Assembly (NCBI RefSeq): GCF_006345805.1
Contig: NW_021833924.1
Coordinates: 1 to 64,000 of the forward strand
Direction: 5' to 3'
Length of the DNA stretch: 64,000 nucleotides
Source: Octopus sinensis
Lineage: Eukaryota
Part shown: positions 38,851 through 52,125 of the stretch, piece by piece
Layout: each line of letters begins with the position of its first letter
How positions within the stretch are numbered: the first letter of the stretch is position 1
Translations under genes and position numbers: made by a program
Notes under the pieces: generated by a model
What the model was told of the DNA's origin: nothing
Database searches by the model: none
The model's input: the letters and a program-made list of their open reading frames with translations, nothing else

Positions 38851-39289
38851 CTTATGGGATGCTCAGTGTTACTGTTGTTGTTTAGCCCTAGGTCAGTCTA
38901 GGTCTAGATACACCTATGATCATAAAAGATGCTCCAGCTGTGACCATCTCGTCTTTCATTCAGGCATAGTGTATCTAGGACTACATTGTCTAATGTACAG
39001 TATAGTAGTTAGCATTAGTGGCTATAGATGTTATTATTTAACCCCAGGTCAGTCCTGATCCAGACAAACCTCAAACCTACGATCAAAGACGTTCTATCTG
39101 TGACCATCCCGTTTTTTTTTATATTCAGGCATAGTGTATCTTGGACTACGTTGTCAATCCGGTGTCTTTCATCCAATCCATCTTTTTGTTTGCTTCTTTA
39201 AGTCAATTAAGGAAGGATTCGAGTGATATCTGGCTGCTCTTTCTAGCAGGTTTTCCCTTGTCGGCTTGTAAAGGGGAAAATGAAAGAAG

Positions 39290-40200
39290 CCGAAACGAAA
39301 AGAGAGAGAGAGAGAAAGAGTAACAGCAGTAAGGGAGTAATAGGGATAGGCAGAGGAAAGTAGTGATTATTATAGAGAGGTGTTTGAGAGTAAAAGGTGC
39401 AGGAGAAAGAGAGGTAAGAGAGGGAGAGGTGCAGTAGAAAGAATGGTAAGAGTGAAAGAGGGGTGGAAGACAGAGAGAGAGAGAGAGAGAGTAAAGAAGG
39501 TAAGGTAGTCACAAGGAGAGGGATGCAGTGGTTGTGAAAGAGTTGAACCGAGAGGAAGAGGGGTAGTGGGAGTAGAATTATAGATAGGAGAGAAAGAGAG
39601 AGAGAGGGGGTGCAGGGGAAGCCGGAGAAAGGGATAGAGAGGAAGCGGGAGGAGATAAATGCAACAGGGGAGAAAGACAGCAGGACAGAGAGAGAGCGGG
39701 AAAAGATAGATGCAACTGAGAGAGAGAAAGAAAGAGAGAGAGAGGCAACAGGGAAGAAAGACAGCAGGACAGAGAGAGAGAGAGAGAGAAAGATAGATGC
39801 AATTGAGAGAGAGAAAGAAAGAGAGAGAGGCAAGGGAATCTGAGAGAGCAACAAGAGAAAAACGTGAGAAAGGAAGGCAAAGAACGAGAGGGGGAGAGAG
39901 CTGCAATAGAGAGAGAGGGAGGGAGGGGAAGGAAAGCAGTCGTGCGGGAGATAGATGCAACAGAGAGAGAGAGAGAGAGAGAGAGAGGAAGCGGGCGAGT
40001 GATAGACGCAACAGAAAGAGAGAGAGAGAGAACAGACAAATAGAGGAATCATAGAGGAGAGCAAGAGATGGTGAAAGGCAGAAAGCGGGAAGAGAGGGAG
40101 AGAGGGAGAGAGGGGATGCAGTGACGTTATAGAGAGAGGGGAGCAGAAGGGAAAGAGAGAAGCGGTGGAATTGTATAGAGGGGGACGAAAGAGTGAGAGG
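39290..40200. repeat. GA-rich low-complexity tract
   Basis: Seen directly in the sequence. Confidence 0.85.
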
Positions 40201-40891
40201 AGAGTGTAAGGAAAGGCGATAACAGTCTGTGAGGCTGGTTGGATACGGACGGTGGTGGAAGGCGGTGAAGCATTAAGAATAGGATAACACACACACACAC
40301 ACACATACATATATATACACACATACGTACACATATATATACGTATATATGTATGTATTTACATAGGGTGTATACAGGGATGTGATGGATATATATACAC
40401 ACTTAAATACGTTGAGCAAAATGAAAGAAAGAAAAAAAATATAACGTATGTATATTGTAAATATGCATTTATATACACACACACACACTAACACATTTAT
40501 ACACACATACACACACATACATACATACATACATACGTACGTAAAGAAGATATATAGCTAAATATTCACTCAATTACACACACATACACACACTTGTATA
40601 TACATATAAATATGTAAACGTGTGTATATAAGCAATCGGAAAACCGTGTTATACATCTATACATGTATGTATGTATGTATGTGAAGATATTACACAATCG
40701 TAAAAGAGGAAGAGAGGAAATTTATATACACACGCTTATATATATACGTGTGTGTGTATATATAGACACGTATGCTATTCATATATGCAACATGATGTAT
40801 ATACATAGGTAAAACGCTTGTGAAAATATCCATCCATCTATCTATCTGTCTATCTATCTATCATCTATCTATCTATCTATCTATCTATCTG

Positions 40892-40949
<58 letters not shown>

Positions 40950-41046
40950 CGTCTATCTATCTATCTATCTATCCGTCTATCTATCTATCTATCTATCTAT
41001 CCGTCTATCTATCTATCTATCTATCCGTCTATCTATCTATCTATCC

Positions 41047-41096
<50 letters not shown>

Positions 41097-41216
41097 TCAT
41101 CCTTTAACCAATCTGTCCCTCTTTCTATCCATATATCCATCAATCCTTCAATCCATCCATCCATCCATTCATCCATCCATCTATCCATCCATCTCTCTCT
41201 GTCTCTCCATCCGTAG

Positions 41217-41272
41217 ATAATAAATAAAGAGGCAGCGTGCATCAAAGCGAAAGCGAAAGTAGAAATTGAAAT
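41217..41272 (+). promoter_or_regulatory. 5' UTR portion of the ANKS1-like exon after a splice acceptor
   Basis: Pyrimidine tract TCTCTCTGTCTCTCCATCCGTAG ends at 41216. Use of this acceptor is inferred. Confidence 0.6.
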
Positions 41273-41388
41273 ATGGGCAAAGAGAATGAATTATTGGAAG
41301 CCGCCAGAACTGGGAATATACAACAAATTGAGCGACTTCTCTGCTACAAGTCACGCAAAACCACCGGCCCCTTGAATGCGTTAGCAAG
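41273..41388 (+). CDS. ANKS1: First coding exon of an ankyrin repeat and SAM domain protein (ANKS1A/B, Odin/AIDA-1-like)
   Basis: Translates [38 protein letters not shown] plus 2 nt, matching the ANKS1A/B N-terminus as I recall it (MGK(D/E)[10 protein letters not shown]). Donor AG/GTGAGC at 41388/41389 (phase 2). Too short for the ORF track. Confidence 0.85.
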
Positions 41389-41489
41389 GTGAGCACACTT
41401 CCTCTTTCCATTCAGTTTTACACTTTGTCATTCTTGCTTTCAGCTTTTCCCGTCTTTCCATCTAGGTCTCTATCACTTAGTCTCTCTCT

Positions 41490-41493
41490 TTCT

Positions 41494-41569
<76 letters not shown>

Positions 41570-41660
41570 CTGTCTGTTTGTCATTATGTGTGTTCATGAT
41601 TACCTCTGTATCTGTCTGTCTGTCTATCTATATGTATCTATCTATCTATCTATCTATCTA

Positions 41661-41692
<32 letters not shown>

Positions 41693-41706
41693 ACTATCTT
41701 CCTATC

Positions 41707-41751
<45 letters not shown>

Positions 41752-41755
41752 ATAC

Positions 41756-41787
<32 letters not shown>

Positions 41788-41791
41788 ATAC

Positions 41792-41827
<36 letters not shown>

Positions 41828-41831
41828 ATAC

Positions 41832-41895
<64 letters not shown>

Positions 41896-41950
41896 GCCCC
41901 CCTCTCTATCTATCTCTGTCTACATCTTTCTATGTCTCTATCTACTTAGC

Positions 41951-41981
<31 letters not shown>

Positions 41982-42119
41982 ATGTATGTATGTTGCTATC
42001 TTTCTTATATCTACACTAATCGTTCGTTCATTCATGCGTACGTATACATATGTACGCATAGCCACATATACATGTGTATAATATATGTATGCATTCATAT
42101 TGCTTCGTTTTGTATGTGT

Positions 42120-42156
<37 letters not shown>

Positions 42157-42303
42157 ATGTAGTGAGAGAGAGAGAGAGAGAGAACGTCTGTCCAATATGA
42201 ATATATATATAGGTGTCTATATGTTTGAGCCTAGATAGATACATAGATATATATATATGTGTGTGTTTGACACATTCATGTTTAGTCTTTGTGTGTATGC
42301 GCG

Positions 42304-42349
<46 letters not shown>

Positions 42350-43005
42350 ACACACACACATGCATATTTATATAGGTGTGTGTATGTGTATCTGTACACA
42401 TACGTTTATACGCACCTATCTACCTGGCCACACACACACACACACACACATTCTATATCATAATTCTAACAAACCAAATAGAAAAATTGACTAATTTTCC
42501 CCAATTCACCCAACACAAAAAACCCCGCGACACCTTGTTCCCAATAATAATAATAATAATTATTATTATTATTATTATAATTATAAAAAGTGCCCCTTTT
42601 ATATTAACCTGTAATTAAACATTTTGGCCGAAACATAGCCAAAATTATTATTTCACATCAGAAATATATATAACCTACATTATTAGTAATATTATTAATA
42701 TTATTATTATTAATGTTAGTATTATACAAATATTGTATTATTTTATATGTATGTTTAATAACGTATTATTTAGCGCGGCGCGTGTATATATGTATGTATA
42801 TAAATGTATGTATGTATTTATGTGTGTATGTATGTATGTATGTATGTATGTATTTATGTATGTATGTATGTGTGTGTGATGTATGTATGTATGTGTGTAT
42901 GTATTTATGTATGTATGTGTGTAAGTATCTATGTATGTATGTACGTATGTGTGTGTGTATGTATGTATGTGTGTACGTATGTGTGTATGTATGTGTGTAT
43001 GTATT

Positions 43006-43036
<31 letters not shown>

Positions 43037-43554
43037 GTATCTATGTATGTATGTATGTGTGTAAGTATCTATGTATGTATGTACGTATGTGTGTGTGTAT
43101 GTATGTGTGTACGTATGTGTGTATGTATGTGTGTATGTATGTGTGTATTTATGTATGTATGTATGTATGTGTGTGTGATGTATGTATGTATGTGTGTATG
43201 TATGTATGTGTGTATGTGTGTATGTATGTATGTATGTATGTATGTATGTATGTATGCATGTATGTATGTATGTATGTATGTGTGTATGTGTGTATGTATG
43301 CATGTATGTGTGTATGTATTTATTTATTTATGTATGTATGTGTGTATGTCAATGAAGTAGATACGTTTTAATTAATGTGTGTATGTGTATATGTTTGTGA
43401 ATGTATGTATGTATTTTAATTGATGTGTGTGTGTGTGTAGGTGCGAATGTATATATATACCTGTCTGTTTTGTCGCTGTGCTTAGCTGTAAATTCTCTCT
43501 TGTGACTATATATATATATATGTATGTATGTATGTATATGTTGCTAGGATTGCG

Positions 43555-43601
<47 letters not shown>

Positions 43602-43782
43602 CTCTCTTTCTATATATATATATAATATATATATATATACGTTTTTATCAGTAATTGGTAGAAGTTATAGTGATTCAACGGCCGAGAGTTTCGTTATATA
43701 TTATATTCTATATATATATTGTATATTTTACTGTATATACGGAAACCGATCACACACACACACTACACAATGCTTGTGAGTG

Positions 43783-43815
<33 letters not shown>

Positions 43816-43902
43816 CATACATCTGTGTGTATTAACCACCAATAGGGCTTTAGCATTGAGGAGAGAAAGGACGAACAATTCATATACATATATGTGTGTG
43901 TG

Positions 43903-43943
<41 letters not shown>

Positions 43944-44267
43944 GCATACAATACGTACGTAATGTGAGTAGCTAGGTTTATAATACAAGCTATGTCCTCG
44001 TGAGTAATATATATATACAGACAGACAGATATATCTTTTAGCTCATTGCTGATTGTAGCAATAATATATTTATACATCTATGTAGTCACAAGAGCACATA
44101 TCTATCTATCTACCTACCCATCTATATATCTTTCTATCTCTATATCTATATACGTACGTATGTACGTACGTACGTACGTACGAACGTTTGTTCGTTTATC
44201 GAGTTGGTTCGTATATGCAGCCGCTTAACGCGTTGAGAGAGAGAGAGAGAGTGTGTGTATATATATA

Positions 44268-44301
<34 letters not shown>

Positions 44302-44393
44302 TATGCATATACTACATATGTGTAGTAGCAAGCCTTATGTATATCACTGCATATTTGTTGCACACTATATAACCTTGCGTTATATATATATAG

Positions 44394-44428
<35 letters not shown>

Positions 44429-44602
44429 GTATGTATGTATGTATATATATGTATGTAGTATATATATGTATGTGTGTGTGTATGTATGTATGTATGTGTG
44501 ATTGTGTGTATGTATGTATGTATGTATGTATGTATGTATGTATGTATGTATGTATATATGTATGTATGTATGTATATATGTATGTATGTATATGTATGTA
44601 TA

Positions 44603-44633
<31 letters not shown>

Positions 44634-44955
44634 GTATGTATATATATATATGTATGTATATATGTATGTATGTATGTATATGTATGTATATATATATGTA
44701 TGTATGTGTGCGTGTATGTATCTGTGCATGGTGTCTGTGTGTCGAAATAGAGTTCGTATCGTACGTATGTATGCGTGTATAGATACATGTGTGTGTACAT
44801 ATGTGCATGTATGTATGTATGTATGTATGTATGTGTTTCTATGTTGAAAGTCTGGCTGCGTATACCTACCTGTTAATTTCCCCCCGTCCGTCCGTATGTG
44901 TGTGTGTGTGTGTGTGTGTTTGCGGGCTTCTAACCGTTCATACGTATCTATCGTT

Positions 44956-44995
<40 letters not shown>

Positions 44996-45128
44996 AGTGT
45001 GTGTGTGTGTGTATATATACCTGTATATGTATGTATCTACCTGTTTGTGTCGTTACATCTGTTCGTCGGTTTAATGATAACATTAATACGTTTATTGCAT
45101 ATACAGGTGCTCAGGTGCACGACACAGA

Positions 45129-45180
<52 letters not shown>

Positions 45181-45345
45181 GAGGTCCAGCTGTCTACTTA
45201 GTCTCTCTGTCTGTTAGTCTCTCTGTCTGTTAGTCTGTCTGTCCATCTATTTATCTATCTGTCTGTCTGTCTGTCTGTCTGTATCTTTCTATCTACCTAT
45301 CTATATGTATGTATGTATGTATCTATCTATCTATCTGTCTAGTTC

Positions 45346-45381
<36 letters not shown>

Positions 45382-45444
45382 CCAACCCGTCTACCTACCT
45401 ACCTATCTATATGTATGTATGTATGTATGTATGTATCTATCTAC

Positions 45445-45506
<62 letters not shown>

Positions 45507-45960
45507 GTCTGCATGTCTGTCTAGTTCTCTGTCTGTCTGTCTGTCTGTCTGTCTACCAACCCGTCTACCTACCTACCTAGCTATATTCCCACGCCATAAT
45601 TCTATCTATTTACCTGTCTATCTCTATTTCTCTCTCTCTCTCCCTCTCTGTCTACCTACCTCTGTATCTATCTATCTATCTGTCTGTCTATCTATCTCTC
45701 TTCTCTCTCTCTCTTTACCTATCCATCCGTCTGTCTGTCTGTCTGTTTGTCTATCTTTCTATCTTCCTACATACATACCTGTCTGTCTGTCTGTCTGTCT
45801 ATCTATAAATAATAATAATAATTGTGTACAGTGCTCAGGTGCACTACAACTCATCTAAAGTGTATATATAATCAGGTGTAGTTTCGACGGATTTCGGGAA
45901 GCATGATCTATCTACCTACCTACCTACCTCTCTATCTCTCTCTCTCTCTCTATCTATACT
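41490..45960. repeat. Intronic microsatellite field (TA, TG, TATC, TATG, TCTG)
   Basis: Seen directly in the sequence. Confidence 0.9.
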
Positions 45961-45969
45961 ATTCAGTCT

Positions 45970-46726
45970 TTAAGTAAGGAATTATTTCAAATTTTGGCAC
46001 AGGGCCAGCAATTTTGTGGGAACGGGGTAAGTCTACTGCATCGACCCCAGTGCATAACTGGTACTTATTTCATATTCCCCATAGAATGAAAGTGAAAGGC
46101 TAAGTCGACCTCAGCAGAATTTGAACCCAGAACGTGCAGACAGACAAAACGCTGTTAAGCAATTTGCCCCGGCATGCTAACAATCCTACCAGTTTGCCAC
46201 CGTAATCATCATCATCATCATCATCATCGTTTAACGTCTGTTTTCCATGCTAGCACGGGTTGGACGGTTCAACTGGGGTCTGGGAAGACAGAAGGCTGCA
46301 CCAGGCTCCAGTCTTATCTGGCAATGTTTCTACAGCTGGATGCCCTTCCTAACACCAGCCACTCCGAGAGTGTAGTGGGTGCTTTTTATGTGCCACCTGC
46401 ACAGGTGCCAGACGAGGCTGGCAAACGGCCACGATCGGATGGTGCTTTTTACGTGCCACCGGCACGGAGGCCAGTCAGGGCGGCGCTGGCAATGGTCACG
46501 TTTGGATGGTTCTCTTACGTGCCACCAGCACTGGTATCACAGCTACAATTTCCATTGATGTCGAAAGATTTTGATTTCGATTTTCACTTGCCTCAACAGG
46601 TCTTCATAAGTAGGGTTTGTGTCACAAGAAGGAAAGGTATGCATAAGTGGGCTGGCTACGTCCCAGGTATAGGTCACGGGTTATGGTCTCACTTGTCCTG
46701 CCGGGTCTTCCCACGCACAGCATACT

Positions 46727-46762
<36 letters not shown>

Positions 46763-46975
46763 CCTTTCTACTCTACGCACAAGGCCTGGAATTTGTGGGG
46801 AGGAGTATAGTCGATTACATTGACCCCAGTACAGAACTGGTACTTAATTTATCGGCCCTGAAAGGATGAAAGGCAAGATCAATCTTGGCAGAATTTGAAC
46901 TCAGAACATAGTGACGGACGAAATACTGCCAAGCATTTCACCCAGCGTGCTAACGATTCTGCCAGCTTGCCCCCT
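45970..46975 (-). mobile_element. S2 (variant tail) at ~45970-46200, S3 at ~46225-46715, S2 at ~46765-46975
   Basis: Family signatures as above, on the minus strand. Confidence 0.75.
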
Positions 46976-46986
46976 TAATAATAATG

Positions 46987-47024
<38 letters not shown>

Positions 47025-47028
<4 letters not shown>

Positions 47029-47582
47029 GCCCTGATGCAGTACCAGGCAGTGGCTCTCATGGCTTCTGATCTTAACTGATTGGAAGTGTTATCATGTACA
47101 TTGTTTTGTCTTGGTATAAAAGATGGGCTACAGCAAATATTCTGCTCAATACCACAGATTTGCTTGTCAGTTGTTTGACCTTAACCAGTTGAGCATGTCC
47201 CTTGGTGGCTGACGATATGTGCATCTCTGATCACGAGCAGAAGTAGTGGGAGAGCATCATAGCCATGTGTTGAGAGGGATTCTTAGAGGTTTGAATAATT
47301 CACGTTTGGAAACATGGGTGGTTCTTTCAACATCCTTAAACAACCCTTATTCAAGGACCTTTTGAGCGGGATGGGCTACTCGACCAGAAGAAAATTCTAA
47401 CTGGGCCCCACCTGCAAGGTCAAGTGCTGTTTATCTTTTAATGAGATCATAATGTCGCGCACATATGGTTGTGATGCATGTGCCTGGTGTGCCTTTATCA
47501 GACGGGTAGTCATGATGGGTATACTGGGCTTCGTATATTTTACCCAAGTGTCACTTTGATGGCATGAACTGCTCTCTCACTC
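47025..47582 (-). mobile_element. ~560-bp non-coding element embedded in (TAA)n, probably a non-LTR retroelement 3' UTR
   Basis: Flanked by (TAA)n on both sides; a second partial copy (47664-47830) starts at the identical AAATGCCCTGATGCAGTACC end next to another (TAA)n. Confidence 0.6.
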
Positions 47583-47607
47583 AATAATAATAATAATAAT
47601 AATGATA

Positions 47608-47642
<35 letters not shown>

Positions 47643-48243
47643 GATAATAATAATAATAATAATAAATGCCCTGATGCAGTACCAGGCAGTGGCTCTCATG
47701 GCTTCTGATCTTAACTGACTGGAAGTGTTATCATGTACATTGTTTTGTCTTGGTATAAAAGATGGGCTACAGCAAATATTCTGCTCAATACCACAGATTT
47801 GCTTGTCAGTTGTTTGACCTTAACCAGTTGACCAGGGTCTGGGAAGCCAGGAGGCTGCACCAGGCTCCAGTCTGATCTAGCAGAGATTCTACAGCTGGAT
47901 GCCCCTCCTAAAGCCAACTACAGAGTGTAGTGGGTGCTTTTTATGTGCCACTGGCACAAGGGCCAACCAGGTAGTAGTGGCATCAATCACGCTCAAATGG
48001 TGCTTTCTCTGTGCCACTTGTGCAGGGGCCGGTCAGGTAGCACTGGCAATGACCACGCTTGAATGGTGCTTCTTATGTGCCAATGTTCTGCAGTGTAAGG
48101 ATTAAAAGCTTGAAAAGTCTTGCGTTGCCCGACAGAATGTGAGAGAGGATGTTGGTGTTTTAGGAGGGAAATGTGGCTGCATGGATGATGGCTATGTATA
48201 TATATATATCTGTATGTATGTATGTATGTGTGTATATATATAT

Positions 48244-48399
48244 ATTAAAAGGCCTCTAAAAGAAGAAGCAAGTACTAGATACACAAAAACTGCAGTATAA
48301 GATGAGCCGAGTTTGTAAACGTTTTTGATTTTCATTTCATTGAATTTATCCACTTTTTGTGTATCTAGTACTTGCTTCTTCTTTTAGAGGCCTTTTAAT
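48244..48399. repeat. Fold-back palindrome, 46-bp arms
   Basis: 48244-48289 versus 48354-48399; the adjoining 48410-48490 is the reverse complement of ~51180-51250. Confidence 0.9.
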
Positions 48400-48512
48400 G
48401 TACTTATATATGAATAACATATAGTCTAATGGCTAATTAGTCTTTTGTGCTAGATCACTGGTAATAATAATTTATTTTATTACCCTTTTTACTATATACA
48501 TATATATATATA

Positions 48513-48727
48513 TACTAATTAAGGGTTTAGCAATGATTTGCCTCACCACACACCGAATTTAGAAATAGCAGTCAAAGAGTTATAGCTATTCTTTCTACTG
48601 AAAGGGAGATCTCAGTAAAACCACATTGAGATCTCCCTTTTAGTAGAAAGAATAGCTATAACTCTTTGACTGCTATTTCTAAATTCGGTGTGTGGTGAGG
48701 CAAATCGTTGCTAAACCTTAATTAGTA
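48513..48727. repeat. Fold-back palindrome, ~101-bp arms, 12-nt spacer
   Basis: 48513-48614 versus 48627-48727, near perfect. Confidence 0.92.
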
Positions 48728-49130
48728 TTACTTAAACTTTCCTCGAATGAGGCTTTTACATGCCGAAATCTGCTTGGTGAAATTAATGATTATTCCAAAT
48801 TAATTAATTTCACCCTATATTATTACTGATATATATATATAATATATATATATATAATATATATATATATATATAATAAATAAATAAAATATATACTGTA
48901 TACATACATACATATATGTACATACTTACATCTACATGTATATATACATGCATATATGTATATATATGAGTACAGGACACCACAAATAAACGTAGAACAC
49001 GACGCGAAACAAAAACATAAAATCAAACAAGGAAACGGACTTTTTTTCAACAACGAAAAAACAGAGTACAGGACAAACAATACAAGGAAATTGCCCTTCA
49101 TCAGCTGCCCCTGGTTCGACTCAATGCGTG

Positions 49131-49171
<41 letters not shown>

Positions 49172-49175
<4 letters not shown>

Positions 49176-49382
49176 CTAATTATAACAAAGAGGGTCTTTG
49201 CAACAAGTTGTTAGACCACATACCAAAAGTATTAGAAATAGCAGCCAGAGGACTGTTATTTCTTTTACTACAAAAGAAATAACAGTAAAAGAAAAATACA
49301 GTCCTCTGGCTGCTATTTCTAATTCTTTCGGTATGTGGTCTAGCAACTTGTTGCAAAGACCCTCATTGTTATAATTAGATAT
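49172..49382. repeat. Fold-back palindrome with a nested internal hairpin
   Basis: ~90-bp arms; the centre contains ACTGTTATTTCTTTT-actac-AAAAGAAATAACAGT. Confidence 0.9.
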
Positions 49383-49501
49383 AATTTTACCGAATATGGT
49401 CCTTTTCCATACCGAAAAATTACTTGGTGAAATTTGTTGATTTTATTAAATTAATTATATTTCACCCTTTATCTGTACTATATATATATATATATCTGTA
49501 T

Positions 49502-49536
<35 letters not shown>

Positions 49537-49583
49537 ATCTCATCATCGTTTAACATCCATTCTCCATGCTAGGATGGGTTGGA

Positions 49584-50050
49584 CATGCATAAGATCTGGT
49601 CATCAAATCTAAGTAGGGACTTCAAACTTGAAATATTCAAAGCCACAGTCGAACCAATTCTACTATATGGCTCAGAAACCTGGACGTTATCAAAGAAGCT
49701 TGAGAGGCGGTTGGATGGAACCTACACTCGCCTCCTTATGAGAGCTCAAAATCTCTTGTGGAAGTGCCATCCAACCAAAATGCAAATATATGGGAAACTA
49801 CCACCTGTGTCATCTCTTGTGAAGGGTAGGAGAGTCCAGTTTACTGGACATTGTTGTAGAGCTGAAAAAGAAGTAATTTCTACTCTTCTCCTCTGGAAGC
49901 CATCTACTCGCAATACCTGAGGGTGCACACTCTCCTACCCTGATGTAATCTCCAGGGATACAGGCATCCAGCAACAGGACCTCCGTAATGCTATGATGGA
50001 CAGTGAAGTCTGGCGTAACATAGTAAATTCCATTGTCTCGACCACGGTCG
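49584..50050 (+). mobile_element. RTE-clade LINE 3' fragment
   Basis: MHKIWSSNLSRDFKLEIFKATVEPILLYGSETWTLSKK...; same family as the 32.2-kb copy. Confidence 0.88.
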
Positions 50051-51150
50051 AACGGTCGAATGGGTTGGACGGTTCGACCGGGGTCTGGGAAGCCAGGAGG
50101 CTGCACCAGGCTCCAAACTCGATCTGACAGTGTTTCTACTGCTGGATTTTCTTCCTAACGCCAACCACTCCGTGAGGGTAGTGGGTGCTTTTTACATGCC
50201 ACCGGCACAGGTGCCAGGGGAGGCTGGCAGCAGCCACGATCGGTTGGTGCTTTTTACGTGGCACCGGCACAGGTATCACAACTACAATTTCCAGTTGATG
50301 TACTTGACTCAATAGGCCTCCTCAAGCGCAGCAGGTTTCATTTGGCAGGGTTTCTACAGGCCTTCCTACCATCAGCAACCTTACAGAATGCACTGTAAGC
50401 ATTTTAAGCATTTTATCATAGCTCCTGCATTGGTTCTGGGTTCAATCCTACTTCAGTGCACCTTAAGCAAGTATTTTCTGTGACCTCAGGCCAACCAAAG
50501 CCTTGTGAGTGGATTTGGTAGACAGAAATTGAAAGAAGCCCATCGTGTGTGTGTGTGTGTATATATATATCATCATTTAACATCCGCTTTCCATGCTAGC
50601 ATGGGTTGGACGGTTCAACTGGGGTCTGGGGAGCCCGAAGGCTGCACCAGGCCAGTCAGATCTGGCAGTGTTTCTACAGCTGGATGCCCTTCCTAACGCC
50701 AACCACTCCGAGAGTGTAGTGGGTGATTTTATGTGCCACCGACACAGGTGCCAGACGAGGCTGGCGAACGGCCACGCTCGGATGGTGTTTTTTATGTGCC
50801 ACTGACACAGGTGCCAGACGAGGCTGGCAGACGGCCATGCTCGGATGGTGTTTTTATGTGCCACCAACACAGGTGCCAGATGAGGCTGGCGAATGGCCAC
50901 GATCGGATGGTTTTCTTGTGTGCCACCGGCACTGGTACCACAAAGATACAAATTCCATTGACGGAGGCCAGTCGATGCGGTACTGGCTACGGCCACGTTC
51001 GGATGGTTTTCTTGTGTGCCACCGGCACTGGTACCACAAAGATACAAATTCCATTGATGTTCATCTATTTTGATTTGATTTGATTTTCACTTGCCTCAAC
51101 AGGTCTTCACAAGTGTCACAAGAAGGAAGGTATGCACAGGTGGACTGACT
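50050..51150 (-). mobile_element. S3 retroposon copies with internal tandem repeats (plus a degenerate S1 on +)
   Basis: CTACAGCTGGATGCCCTTCCTAACGCC signature; internal GTGCCAC...CAGACGAGGCTGG repeats. Confidence 0.75.
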
Positions 51151-51355
51151 ACGTCATATATCTAATAAAATTGGGTAATAATAAATTATTATTACCAGTA
51201 GCCTAGCACAAAAAACGAATTAGTCATTAGACTATATATTATTCATATAGAAATACAATAAAAGGCTTCCAAATAAGGGAGCATTGTGCTAGAACACAAA
51301 AAAGGGATAAATTCACGAAAGGAATGAAAGTTAAAAACATTTACCATCTCAACTA

Positions 51356-51428
51356 TATCCCAGACTGACGGTTTCTAACTATTTCCAGCAAAAAAATATT
51401 TGCGAAGGCCAGTTTCTTCAGTGGGACA
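51356..51428 (-). ncRNA. Candidate type I hammerhead motif with ~39-nt stem II
   Basis: Minus strand TGTCCCA-CTGAAGA-[39 nt]-GAAA-C-CGTCA-G-TC/TGGGATA: 7-bp stem I with one G-U pair, GUC triplet, imperfect base of stem II. Confidence 0.55.
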
Positions 51429-51578
51429 GCATTCATAATCCTGACGTACAGACTGTTAGATCCACATGTAGATCTAACGGTTTGTAAATCCTAACTTTTC
51501 AAACCTCTCCGCAGACGCAAATCATACCCGGCAACATAGAAGATGCCGGTAAAAATTTTGAACAAATTTATCAAACAA

Positions 51579-52091
51579 CTAGCAGTATCGCCCGGCGTCG
51601 CTCGGGTTTGTAAGGGAAATAACTATATAAGCATTTTTAGAGAGTTACTTCCCTTATAGATGCCAATTCGGGCTTTCTTAGCCATTTCTGTTTTGGTGTC
51701 TTCAAGCCATGAAGTCGTTGTTCTAAAAGAACGCTGGTCTCCTTGACAACGCATTATGACGTTGATTTCTTTACACTCCCTTCCCCACAGCTTCACGAGG
51801 GAGGGAAGAAGGGGGAGAAGCAAACAGGTGCAGGTGTGACCGTGGACGCCAACTCCGCCGCCATCGACACATGAAAGATTATGCATTAAAATGGAATAAA
51901 AAATGATGTTAAATTATTTTTTAAATCATAGACTCATCGTAGACGCGCGCTAATACCCAGACGGGCTCGATATGAATGACGACTATAAGATACCCAAATT
52001 TGGTTAAACTGCACCGCAAAATGTGGGAGTAGTTAGGAATCTAAATCGAAGGGGACAGACACTCACACAACTACAGTTTTATATATATAGA
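51579..52091 (-). mobile_element. Non-autonomous Helitron (513 bp)
   Basis: The minus strand begins A/TC and ends with a GC hairpin (CCCGAGCGACGCCGGG) 8 nt before CTAG/T; no TSD. Confidence 0.8.
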
Positions 52092-52125
52092 TATTTAAAC
52101 ATAATAAAATAGGGTAATAATATAT

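Noticed and set aside
16353-45858. Many YI/CV/LSIY-rich ORFs
   Set aside because: They are frames through TA, TG, TATG and TATC microsatellites.
48735-48780. Hammerhead-like CGAATGA-GGC...GCC-GAAA (and a similar motif at ~49385-49425)
   Set aside because: The core does not match CUGANGA, and there is no GUH site or stem I partner; at most a decayed relic.
49080-49115. CTGATGA on the minus strand with a short stem
   Set aside because: No GAAA or stem III follows.
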